From Hemiscyllium ocellatum (Eukaryota), in contig NW_026867529.1 of assembly GCF_020745735.1 (NCBI RefSeq), forward strand, positions 124,001-188,000: a DNA stretch of 64,000 nt, written 5' to 3'. This document shows positions 38,976-51,139 of the stretch, piece by piece. The notes under the pieces are model-generated. The model made no database searches, was not told the origin of the DNA, and saw only the letters and a list, made by a program, of their open reading frames with translations. The number at the start of each line of letters is the position of its first letter. Position 1 is the stretch's first letter. The translations under genes and the position numbers were made by a program.

Positions 38976-40740
38976 AAGCATCTCATAAATGTGAGTATTA
39001 ATATCCACTTTGGCAGATTTAATTGATTCTCATTGGAATGTATCTGCCAAACCTTTAGCAAAACCAAATCAGCAAACAGCTTCAGACTGTGCACACGTCC
39101 AACACAAAACATTGCTGCTCCTCATTCACTTTTCAAATGCACTGCTCCATTCCAAATAGCAGACCACCCGTTCCCATTCATAGACATTTGTTTCTGATGG
39201 ATGGAAGTGGTTGTTTCTGTACTTCTGCCATTTTTATTGAACTCATCTCAAGTTACACTTTAGAATTTGACGGTCAGGCCAAGACTGTTTGTTTTAAGCT
39301 TTATCAATTTTGACCAGGTTGCCAGCTCTTCATGTTCTTGAATATTGGAATGGGACTGGGTTCTATCAGCCCTCTAGGGACAGGCTGCAAGGTCATTAGG
39401 TGGATAATAGGGTGGAAGATGATAAGGGAAGGAAGGAGTTTCAGTGGCTCTCATATTTCCACCTCTGTAGTATTTTATTGATCCCAAATTCGGGAAAGGA
39501 TGACCACTCTGGTGGTCAATGTAGAGTGTGTTCCTGCCAATGCTGGCAGTTTATTAGCAGTAAGGTCCTCCATTGTGTGGGAGACCTCCCCCTGCATCCT
39601 AGTGACACATCTGGAGGATGTCCCTCCTAATGTAGTACCTTATGGCTCACAACAGGGTATCCCATCTGCACACTGGAACAGTCCCCTGTCCATGGTGGCG
39701 ATCATTACGGGAACTGGAAATCAGAGTAAGTGAGTGAAAGAAGCCGTGAGGGCTAGAGTGTTCACAACATTCCCAGGACCAGGTTGGCAGCTCCTACTGA
39801 GGCCATTAATAAGTCATTGAGATCCCCCAATTGGTGCATGGACAATGGGTTACTCCTACTCCTAGTAAGAGTACTGTGATTACTGCTTTTTCAGTGCTAT
39901 CAAGCAAATAGTGAAGTGGGGCCATGTTATAAAATCATTTACATTCAGTGCTGGATACTTGAGACTTTTTTGTGAGAAACTTTATAATTCTTCTAAATGT
40001 TCTTAATGTACTTTTTGTTTCATACAATGGTGATGTTCTACATAGGATTACAGAGGGAAAACAGACCATTTGGCACAATCAGTTTATGCCATTGTGTATG
40101 TTCTACTCAAAGTGTTTCACATCTTTCCTCATCTAAATCGCCCGTTGTAATTCTCTATTCCCATCCCTTCCAAGTGCTCGCCTAGTTTCCTTGAAATACA
40201 TCTAAACTATTGATTTCAACTATTCCGTCTGGTCACATATTCCCATTCTCATCATTTCTTCTGAATTCCCTTTTGGACTTCTTGAGGTACCGTCTTATAT
40301 TGACAGCCTCGAGTTATATTCTATCCCACAGTGAAATGTTTTCTCTGTACCTTCTCTTTTCAAAACCTTTCTTAATTTTAGAACTGTCATCCTTCTTTTC
40401 AAGAGAGAAGTGAACAGCACAACAATTCTTCCTTGATATACACAGCCAGAAACTTGTGTGTCATTCTCATAAATCATCTCTTCACTCTCTCTCATACATT
40501 CTGTAATATGTCAACTTGAACTGCAGGCAATATTCTTAATTATAGTCAACCAAATTTTTATAGTGACCCTACTTTCAAATCTATCCCTTTAGAGATAAAA
40601 CTTAGAGCTTTGTTTGCATTTTTATGGCCTTTGGAACCTGTGGTGAAATTGTTAGTGACTGATGTAATTGTCTGAAATCCCTTTGTTTGTCTCCCTCACT
40701 TAGACGTGCATCTTTGAATAAGTGACCTGCACATTATTCC

Positions 40741-41429
40741 AAGGCCCCAAGGGATCCTTCCATATCCGCCACAAATTCACCTGCACTTACATACACATCA
40801 TCTACTGGATCCACTGCACCCGATGTGGCCTCCTCTGTATTGGGGAGACAGGCCGCCTACTTGCGGAACGTTTCAGAGAACACCTCTGGGGTACCTGGAC
40901 CAACCAACCCAACCACCCCGTGGCTCAACACTTTAACTCCCCCTCCCACTCCACCAAGGACATGCAGGTCCTTGGACTCCTCCATCGCCAGACCATAACA
41001 ACACGACGGTTGGAGGAAGAGCGCCTCATCTTCCGCCTGGGAACCCTCCAACCACAAGGGATGAACTCAGATTTCTCCAGTTTCCTCATTTCCCCTCCCC
41101 CCACCATGTCTCTGTCGAATCCCTCGAACTCAGCACTGCCTTCCTAACCTGCAATCTTCTTCCTAACCTCTCCGCCCCCACCCCACTCCTGCCTATCACC
41201 CTCACCTTGACCTCCTTCCACCTATCACATCTCCATCACCCCTCCCCCAAGTCCCTCCTCCCTACCTTTTATCTTAGCCTGCTGGACACACTTTCCTCAT
41301 TCCTGATGAAGGGCTCTGGCCCGAAACGTCGAATTTCCTGCTCCTTGGTTGCTGCCTGACCTGCTGCGCTTTTCCACCAACACATTTTCAGCTCTGATAC
41401 TCCAGCATCTGCAGACCTCACTTTCTCCT
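40741..41429 (+). mobile_element. 5'-truncated Penelope-like element (GIY-YIG plus pseudo-LTR) with a 13-bp TSD
   Basis: IYWIHCTRCGLLCIGETGRLLAERFREHL...RRLEEERLIFRLGTLQPQGMN; TSD tgcacattattcc at 40728-40740 and 41430-41442. Confidence 0.92.
41299..41334 (+). ncRNA. Minimal hammerhead ribozyme motif (intact)
   Basis: attc-CTGATGA-A-GGGC(tctg)GCCC-GAAA-C-GTC-gaat; all conserved core bases and both stems are perfect. Confidence 0.83.
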
Positions 41430-41994
41430 TGCACATTATTCCTACCAAGATGTAATACCTTATCTGTGTGGATCTTCATTTGTTAATTATTTGAATATAC
41501 CGTAAATTAATTAATGATCTCTTGCAACTTCTTGTAATCCTCAGAATTGGCTACATTTCAACATTCTTTTCCAATTTCATGTCATTGAATTGCTAATTTT
41601 TTTGTCGTAATTAGATGCAATATTTAATTTGCAGTTTTACTTTATTTTGTTTTGAATATTTAGAGAGGTGCAGTAATCCACACATTAACTATAACAACTA
41701 AATGTAGAATGACAGATAGATGAAAATTATTACAAACACAGGACTAATTAATAGACTCTATTAACTTCACGGTCAAAATAGGGAATTATTTTTTACACAA
41801 ATGATATGGTGAGATGATCCGTAGTGCAATAACTTTGTGTCCATTTTTTGGTTGCAGTTTATTTCCCCAGGTCTTTCTGTGCTACTGATATGAAATTGAA
41901 AAGGCACCCATCCTCCATTTTCAACTAAATGATAATAAAAAAACCAGCATTTATATAAAATGCAACATGATTTATGAAGCCAATCCTCAGCTTA

Positions 41995-43380
41995 TACATA
42001 TTCACAGCCATGTAGAGTTATATAGGGAGAGGCTGAATAGGCTGGGGTTGATTTCTCTGGAGCGTTGGAGGGTGAGGGGTGACTTTATAAAGGTTTATAA
42101 AATCATCAGAGGCATGGATACGGGGAATAGACAAGGTCTTTTCCCTGAGATGGGTGGAGTCTCATCTAAACCTATACTCATGAGTATTGGTTTAGAGTGA
42201 GAGGGGAAATAGTTGAAAGTACCTAAGGAGTAACTTTTTCATGCAGAGGATGGTGTGTATGGAATGAACTGCCAGAGGAAGCGGTGGAGGCTGGTGCAAT
42301 TTCAACATTTAAAAGGCATCTGAGTGTGTATAAGAATAGGAAGGGTTTAGAGGGATATGGACCAAGTACTGCCAAATGGGACTAGATTAGTTTAGGATAG
42401 CATGGGCATGTGAGACTAAAAGATCTGTTTCCAAGTTGTACATCTCTATGACTCTATGATCTACCCCTTTGCTCTTAGTGTACTAGTCAAATCTCTTTGG
42501 ATTATCTTTAACATTATCTCCCAAGGCTATCTCATTTTCCTTTCTTGTCCTCCTCATTTCCCTCTTTAGAATGTCCCTGCACCTCTTGTACTCTTCGAGA
42601 TTCACTTGATCTCATTTATCTATATCTAATATATGATTCATTCTTACTCTGAACCAGAGCCTCAATATCTTTATTCCTCCAGTGTTCCCTCCTCTTATCA
42701 GCATTACCTTCACACTAACAGGAACATCACACCTCCAAACTCTCGTTATCTCACTTCTGAAAGCTTCACTCTTGCCGGCCGTCCCTTGAGCTGCAAACAG
42801 TCTACTCCAATCAACTCTTGAAAGATTTTGTCTCATACTATCAAAATTTGCCCTAGTTCAATTAAGAACTTTAACTTATATATAATGCCAATCCTTTCCG
42901 TAGATATTTTAAACTAATCGAATTATGACCCCAGCCCCAAAAAGCTCCCCTACTAACCATTCAGTCACTTGCCCTGCCTTATATCACAAGAGTAGGTCAG
43001 GTTTGCTCCTTCTGTGAGAGTTACATCTGTATATTAATGAAGAAAATTAACTTTAGCACTTACCAAATTCCTCACCATCCAAGCTCTTAAGACCATGGCT
43101 GTCCCACTTTATGTTTGGAAGGTTAAAATTTGTGATTATTACAATCCTATTATTCTTACGTATAAATAAGATCTCTCCACATATTTGTTACTCAATTTCA
43201 CTCTGACTACTGGGGGGACTATTACAATTGCATCAAAATAATCATGCCCTTCTTATTTCTGAGTTCCATCCACATAGCTTCACTGGACCATCCCTCAGAA
43301 ATACCTTGTGTTAGAACAGCAGTAATGTCTCACCACAAGAAAAATTGACTCCAATCTCCTTCTAGCTCTTCCTACTTCTG
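41995..43380. mobile_element. CR1 fragments: 3' tail (+, ~41995-42460) and endonuclease region (-, ~42480-43380)
   Basis: ERLNRLGLISLERWRVRGDFIKVYKII; on the minus strand RQNLSRVDWSRLF. Confidence 0.7.
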
Positions 43381-45177
43381 CCGTACCTTTGATGGTGGGA
43401 GGGGCTTTGAACATAAATTATTCAATTTACTGGTGATAGTTAGTAGCTGAAAATAAAGATACTATGGGGGACTTGGGTGATGGGAAATAAAAGGTTACAT
43501 TGTGTGGAAGGAAAATTCTGGATATAAACAAGAATTTTAAAAAACGAACTCCACTCTGTCTGCCCAGGTCTTCCCTACACCGCTGTACCTCCAGAGTACT
43601 TTCCTTTTATTTTGATGAGTTCAAGTTAATCTCACCCGCTGTTTTGTACTTGCCAACCATTTGTTAACGAGTGTTTGCTGTTTCAGAATGTAGGTTGCCT
43701 TATCGTGTACGTTCTCAGAGTTCAGTGTTTGGAGTCCTTGTTGTTCCAACCTGTGCTTTGGTCTCTAATGCAAAATTACAGCAAAATATTAACAGCAATT
43801 TAAGGTAAAATGTTAGGATATTGGAAGAACAGCATAGAGCATCAAGTTTGACAGAGGGGTTGTGGGAAAGGACGTGGAAAGCTGCAGGGTTTCCAGAACT
43901 TCTGATCTCTGCCTTCTCTGATCGAAATCAACCTGTGATTGATCATTTTTGAGGATTGTTATTCATTAATATCGGTGTGTCAGCTAGATCTCCATCTCAG
44001 GGAGGGGTGACGTGCTTCTTTGTTTTGTGATGACCTCAGGGGAACATACAACAGTAAGGGGGTAAACCCAAAGGGGGTGAAGGAGCAGAGGATCCTCCGT
44101 GTGAATGTGCACAAATCAGGGAATGGACCATGACACGTGGACAGAAGAGCAAATAAACCCTACTTCATCAATAACACCGCAGAGAACAAACACAAAGCAA
44201 TTATGTTACACTGAAATCAAACAGTCTCTTGTCTCACCTGGAATATTGCAGCTAGTTTCAGGTGCCACATTTTTGACAAAATGCGAAGTTATGAGATTGG
44301 GTGCGTGACTGATTCACAACACTGTTCCCGGGATGATACACCTCACCAACTCTGAGAAATTGAGAATGTTCTCCTCTGCTGATAGTTTCCAGACTCTGTG
44401 AACAGTTGCTGTGATTGGTTCTCAATTCCGTCTTGCGTCATATAGATCCCAATGGCTGAATATTTCAGGGACTCATGAGCTCTGCCTTGCCTGATCAACA
44501 TCGACATCTGATTTATTATTTTTGAGGGTTGCTGTTCAGTAATATCCCTGTATCAGATAGATCCCAGTCTCATTCCCTGGGATTTGACAGGTGTGGTGTG
44601 TCAAATAGATCCCAGGAATTCTGCTCCATGAGATTTATGTGTGAGAAAATCTCCAGTTCTGAGAATCCGCCCTTGGATTGTGCACATGTTGCTGTCTGAC
44701 TACCTGACTGAGCGTTGACATTTTTGGCTGATGAATGTTTCGTTGTGCGTTTTAGGTGGTGAGTTATGCATTACTAACCCAGGCTGTCCGGACATTGGGA
44801 GTACATGTAGTTTAGATGGTGTAGAGTAAACTTTCAAACTCCTTTGCCTGCCTTTTATAGGCTTCTGGTGGAGCAAATCTCCTAATTTGTATCATTACGT
44901 GACCCGAGGCCGTGACCCTTGGTGCATAAGAGGAAATGTTCTCTAATCATTCTGCCTCTGGAGTGTTCCATCAGGCATATCGTGTGAAAGATGTATTTAC
45001 ATTAGTGGGCGGCATGGCAGCGCAACATTAAACTAAATGACTGGATGAAACACAACCAAACAGAACAAGTGAAAGTATTGGCTGGGAAAGGAGTAGGATG
45101 TGGAAAAATGTATGATTACTGACTGGCCTTGAAGAAAGAATGAAGCAAACTCAAGGTTACTGCATATTCATTCGAGA

Positions 45178-45183
45178 TTTATT
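45178..45183 (-). terminator. Candidate poly(A) signal of the membrane-form IgM mRNA
   Basis: AATAAA on the minus strand about 430 nt after the TM2 stop codon. Confidence 0.5.
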
Positions 45184-45612
45184 AACCATTTCAGAAAGCA
45201 TTTTCATCCAAAAAGTTGATGTAAAAGCTAACAGAAGTGAATATAATGGCTGGATGCCACATTGAGACGAGAACACATGCGCTGTGAGGTGGGAATTTTC
45301 TGTACATCAGTAACAGTCACAAGAAAGGGAATACAAAGGCTGATCAGAAAGGGTAGGCAACCATTCTGAGTAAGGAACAAATAAAAACAAAACAAATGGG
45401 CTTCAAACAACAGGGAAGCTACAAATTCTTCCAACCACAACCATCTCAAAGATATCAAAGTAAAAACAAAAATCCATCAATAATTGTCTCAGTTACACAC
45501 TGATAAACTGAAGTGATCTCACTGTTAGAGTCAGCAACAGGACAGATTGTAGATTGGGAATTCAGAGACCTTGATAAGCAGATCAGGAAAATCAAAGGGG
45601 TCCACAATTCAT

Positions 45613-45621
45613 TCACTTAAC
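45613..45621 (-). CDS. IGHM: IgM membrane exon TM2 (V-K-stop, completing the KVK cytoplasmic tail)
   Basis: Acceptor ctttcttttccag|GTT AAG TGA, 139 nt downstream of TM1. Confidence 0.9.
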   Translation of the reverse strand, partial: VK

Positions 45622-45760
45622 CTGGAAAAGAAAGATAAAGCAATGACGCAGATATTTATGATCAGGGACTTTCAGATTTAATGTTTATTCAATGGCACAC
45701 TTAGAGATTTCACAAAACAGATTGGGCTGCTTGGCGTGAGAAAGATGTGATTATTCTCAC

Positions 45761-45888
45761 CTTCACCAGAGTGACGGCAGCGCTGTAGAAAATACTCAGG
45801 AAGAACAAGGTGATGAACGTGGAAGCAGTTGTCCAGATGTTGCTGTTATCATCCTCATAGTCTTCAATCCAAGTGCGATTTATTGAAT
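45761..45888 (-). CDS. IGHM: IgM membrane exon TM1
   Basis: Acceptor tatattcatag|AT and donor GAAG|gtgaga; 128 nt, in phase with the CH4 internal donor. (D)SINRTWIEDYEDDNSNIWTTASTFITLFFLSIFYSAAVTLVK has the acidic spacer and the conserved BCR transmembrane motif. Confidence 0.96.
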
Positions 45889-46329
45889 CTATGAATATAA
45901 AGCCGAGAGAACGCATTTAGATCGTTTATTGATCCAGATCGATCTATGTGCATCCAAGTCATGTAATTAGAGACCATTACATCTTCATAAAGCAGTCAGG
46001 TATTTCTCAAGTGTGACTCTTATCTGTATCCATCAGTGCATTATTGACTCTCAGCAAGAAATTACAAATACGAACTGCACATGTTCTTTCTTCATTGTCC
46101 ATGTCAGAACGTTTTAAATTATTTTTCTTTTAATCTATTATTTCAGGATGCTATTATTTGAGGAATACTTATTAGAATGATTATTTTAATTATATCATTA
46201 TATTTTAAATATAGGCTGTGACAGCACTTTAGTTGAAAATTGTGGCCATCACTGAATAAAAGTTCAAATGTGATTCTCACCTTTATGTATTGGTGACCAA
46301 TTGCTTGGCAAATCGTGAATATAAGTGAC

Positions 46330-47470
46330 ATCACAGTCAGGACATTGCTTCACATTTTTGTTTGTAGGATCTGTATATTGAGGAATAAGTTTTTGTACAT
46401 GTGTCCCTTAATTTATTTGACCTACTGCTTGGTGTGTTTGGTTTCCCTTTAATGTTTGTGTATGTGGTTATGAGAGTCTCTTACTTCACTCTTGCCCATG
46501 TTGGAGTCTGTGCATGAATAAACATATTCCTGTTCCTTTACTGCTGGTGTGCTCATGTGGTTGTGCACCGAAATTTTGGTCTGTTCACATTGTGTAAGCA
46601 TCATCATGCTAATATGCCATTTTGTTGCTGCCTATGCTTATCTTGTAATGTCTTTGTGAGTGTTCACTTTTCATGAGTGCTATCTAAAATGTGTGCTTAT
46701 GTGTCTGTTTCAGGTCCTTAATGTTTATGCTTAATAAATGTTAGCATGCAATGTTATGTTTTGATGGATGTTTATATTTATATGATGATGTTTGCTTGTG
46801 TGGCAATCTTTCCCAAACCATCTCCTGAGAAGCTTGTTTGTGTTACTGTGTGTGGATGCTTGCTGATGCTTGTGCCCATTATCCTTATTTAATAAACGCC
46901 CCTCTATTGGTTGATCTATGCACTTGTGTGTCTGCATGTGAGACTCTGAATTTGTGTGTACGTGTGACATTGTATACATGCTGATCAATGTGGTTTAAAA
47001 ATAACTAATTAAGCTGCCTCTGTCATTGTATGTTTGTGATTCTGAAAATGGGGAAATAATAATATTAATATTTATCTCTGTGCACTTACGTGCCTGTATG
47101 AGTTGACATGTGGGAGGACATTTTTCGGAATTTGTATCTGTGTGTTCATGCGTGTATGTCTGTACGCATTGTGCTGTATGAATGTATATGTATTCATGCC
47201 CATTTGTGTGTTACCGTGTGTCTATATTTCTCATGGTTATGTGTGAGTACCCCTGTTCATTTGTGCAAATAATTTTCTTTCGGTGTATGTGAGTTTTTGT
47301 ATGAGCTTAGGTGAGTGTTCAAGTACCACTTGCATGTGTGGCTCTGTGCGAGTATGCGTGTGTGACATCTTATCTATATGCACGTTTGAGTGTGCACATA
47401 AATATGTGTCTTTAGGTGAGAGCCCATATATGTGTCATTACGTGTGTATTTGCGATCATCTCTCTGTATC
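46330..47470. repeat. Degenerate TG-rich (CA-rich on the IgM sense strand) low-complexity tract
   Basis: Dense tgtg/tatgtg/tgtgtg words over about 1.1 kb in the CH4-TM1 intron. Confidence 0.7.
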
Positions 47471-47764
47471 TGTTCTTATACCAGACTGCAATTTTTATTA
47501 TTCTAATTTATTGTTCTAATTTTAATGGATTGCCCATAATTAGATTTGACCTTGGTGTTGTAGGAAACATTTCCCATCATCGTGGAGAGATAAGCGTTTT
47601 ATGAGCAACTCTTCTGTTGCAGTGATAGAATTTCTGTCTCTGAGAGAAAAGGCGTGAGTTCAAATCCCCACTGCCCCAGAGATAACATTTCTGAATATGT
47701 TTATTAGAAAATGTCTACTTGTGTTCTGTATGTGAAACAAAATGATATCAGGTATTCGAATAAC

Positions 47765-50261
47765 AGTAGAGGAAAGTATTGCGAGGATGATTCAGGAGAA
47801 GAGTGAAAGTAGCAGGGTGGTTGTTATGGGGGACTTTAACATCCCAGGGATTGACGGGGAAAGCTATAGCTTGAGTTCGTTAGATGGGTCGGTGTTTGTC
47901 CAATGTGTGGAGGAGGGTTTCCTGACACAATATGTGGACAGGCCAACAAGAGGTGAGGCCATACTGGATTTGGTTCTAGGTAATGAACCAGGCCAGGTGT
48001 TAGACTTGGACGTAGGTGAACACTTCGGGGACAGTGACCACAACTCAGTGACTTTTACGTTAGTGATGGAGAGGGATAAGTGTGCACTGCAGGGCAAGAG
48101 TTATAGCTGGGGGCAGGGAAATTATGATGCGGTGAGGCATGACTTAGGATGCGTGGATTGGAAAAATAGGCTTCAAGAGAAGAACACAAATGATATGTGG
48201 AGATTGTTCAAGGAACAGCTATTGGGTGTCCTTGATAAGTATGTACCAGTCAGGCAGGGAGTAAAGGTTCTTGTGAGGGAGCTGTGGTTTAATAAGGAAT
48301 TGGAATCCCTTGTGAAAGGGAAGAGGGCGGCCTATGTAAAGATGAGGCGTGAAGGTTCAGTTGGGGCGATTGAGAGTTATAAGGTAGCCAGGAAGGATCT
48401 AAAGAGAGAGCTAAGAGCAGCGAGAAGGGGACATGAAAAGTCCTTAGTTGGTAGGATTAGGGAAAACCCAAAGGCTTTCGATAGGTATGTCATGAATAAA
48501 AGGATGACTAGGGTAGGTATCGGTCCAGTCAAGGATAGTAGTGGGAAGTTGTGCGTGGAGGCGGAGGAGATTGGAGAGACACTAAATCAATACTTTTCGT
48601 CAGTATTCACTCAGGAACAGGACACTATTGCTGATGTGAATAGTGAGTCACAAGTGATTAGAATGGATGGCCTTGAGGTATGTAGGGAAGAAGTCTGGGG
48701 AATACTGGAAAGGATGAAAATAGATAAGTCCCCTGGGCCTGATGGCATTTATCCTCGGATCCTCTGGGAAGCTCGGGAGGAGATAGCAGAGCCATTGGCC
48801 TTGATTTTTATGTCACCATTGTCTACGGGAATAGTGCCAGAAGACTGGAGGATAGCGAATGTGGTCCCCTTGTTCAAGAAGGGGAGTAGGGATAGCCCGA
48901 GTAACTATAGGCCAGTGAGTCTCACTTCTGTTGTGGGCAAAGTCTTAGAGAGAATTGTAAGGGATAGGATTTATGAACATCTGGATAGCAATAATGTGAT
49001 CAAGGATAGTCAGCATGGTTTTGTGAAGGGAAGGTCATGCCTCACAAACCTTATTGAGTTCTTTGAGAAGGTGACTAAGGAGGTGGACGAGGGTAAAGCG
49101 GTAGATGTGGTGTATATGGATTTTAGCAAGGCATTCAATAAAGTATCCCATGGTAGGCTAAAGCAAAAACTACAGAGGTATGGCATTGAGGGTGCATTAG
49201 AGGTTTGGATTAGGAATTGGCTGGCTGGAAGGAGACAGAGGGTAGTAGTTGATGGAATAGGTTCATTTTGGAGTGCAGTTACTAGCGGTGTTCCACAAGG
49301 ATCTGTTTTGGGACCATTGATATTTGTCATCTTTATAAATGATCTCGAGGAGGGGCTTGAAAGCTGGGTGAGCAAGTTTGCGGATGACACGAAATTCGGT
49401 GGAGTTGTGGACAGCGAAGAAGGATGTGGCAGGTTACAGCGGGATATAGATAAGTTGCAGAGCTGGGCAGAAAGGTGGCAAATGGAGTTCAATGTAGCTA
49501 AGTGTGAAGTAATTCACTTTGGTAGGAGTAACAAGAAGATGGATTACTGGGCTAATGGTAGGCGACTTGGTAGTGTGGATGAGCAGAGGGATCTTGGTGT
49601 CCATGTACACAGATCTCTGAAAGTTGCCACCCAGGTAAATAGAGTTGTGAAGAAGGCATATGGTGTACTGGACTTTATTGGAAGAGGAATTGAGTTCCAG
49701 AGTCCTGAGGTCATGTTGCAGTTGTATAAGACTCTGGTGCGGCCTCATCTGGAGTATTGTGTGCAGTTTTGGTCGCCATACTATAGGAAGGATGTGGAGG
49801 CATTGGAACGAGTGCAGAGGAGGTTTACCAGGATGTTGCCTGGCATGGTAGGAAGATCATGAGGAAAGGCTGAGGCACTCGGGGCTGTTCTTATTGGAGA
49901 AAAGAAGGTTTAGGGGAGATTTATAGAGGTGTACAAGATGATTAGGGGTTTAGATAGGGTAGACACTGAGAACCTTTTTCTGTTAATGGAGTCAGCTGTT
50001 ACTAGGGGACAGTTTTAAATTAAGGGGTGGTAGGTATAGGACAGATGTGAGGGGTAGATTCTTTACTCAGCGGGTTGTGAGTTCATGGAATGCCCTGCCA
50101 GTAGCAGTGGAGAACTGTCCCTCTTTATGGTCATTTAAGAGGGCATTGGATAAGCATATGGAGGTTATTGGGCTAGTGTAGGTTAGGTAGACTTTGGTCG
50201 GCGCAACATCGAGGGCCGAAGGGCCTGTACTGCGCTGTATTTTTCTATGTTCTATGTTCTA
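47765..50261 (+). mobile_element. Young 5'-truncated CR1 LINE, ORF2 open for about 700 codons, antisense in the IgM CH4-TM1 intron
   Basis: ORF 47742-49862 contains VVMGDFN, SDHNSV, NYRPVSLTSVVGK, QHGFVKGRSC, DFSKAF, VPQGSVLGP and SKFADD. A late frameshift lies at ~49860; tail tttctatgttctatgttcta. Confidence 0.96.
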
Positions 50262-51092
50262 ATTGATCCCATGTGCTCCAGAAAACTGAGACAAAACTAT
50301 GGAATTCAAACCGGGACAATGCAAACACCAGTTTTGGATTATGGGAATCGATGTTAATCATTTGTTAACAGAGCCAAGCGTGTCCAACATGTTTCAAAGG
50401 TATTATTTTGCATGGAAATGTTCAATCTTTGGACAGTAAGCAAGAAGCTGACTGTTCCTGTTAGTAACGGGGTTACATTACAGAGGACATCAACCATGAA
50501 AACTCTGCACAGGGAGCAAGAGGACAGACCATTCATCGTTCCCCTCCCCTCTGCTCCACGACAACTTATCTGTCGATTCTCTTTGGTGTGAAAGTGAAGA
50601 TACATTCTGTCAACTCATGCGCTGGCGCAAGATCCCTGGCAGTTCCCCAGAAACAAAGGTTACATTCAAACTGTTCTGCACTCTTTACGATTGGTATGTT
50701 CCAATCAAATTTAATTTTAAAGTGTCTTAAATTTACATTTCCAATTGGTGCAATGTGGCAGTTGAAAACTGACATGAATTTTGTTAGAATGTCCAATCAG
50801 GGGAATCAAGAACACCAAGTTCAAACCTCGTGCTCTACCCTTGACATAAAATGGACAGTGTCAGATTTTGTCACAGAGGGATTTAGGATGGATAAGGTAC
50901 TTGGTGGAATCCTGCAATGAGTGAGCTTTACTCTGTCTCTGACCCAGGGTGTATCTGAGCAGAGAACATTAACTGCACAAGACCCTTGTCCTAGACCTGT
51001 TAATAACCCACTTTAACTACACCGATGTAATGTAAGTCAGAGTGAGAAACAACTCATTCAGTATTTACCTCACAACTGGAGGGAAAAGAAAC

Positions 51093-51139
51093 TTTATTAC
51101 TTCTGTTGAATTATTAAATGCAACTTTGAGATTTTTATT
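51093..51139 (-). terminator. Secretory-form polyadenylation signals: AATAAA overlapping the stop codon (51134-51139) and a second AATAAA (51093-51098)
   Basis: Minus strand reads TGT CAA TAA AAA, and the second AATAAA follows about 36 nt later with a U-rich tract behind it. Confidence 0.75.
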
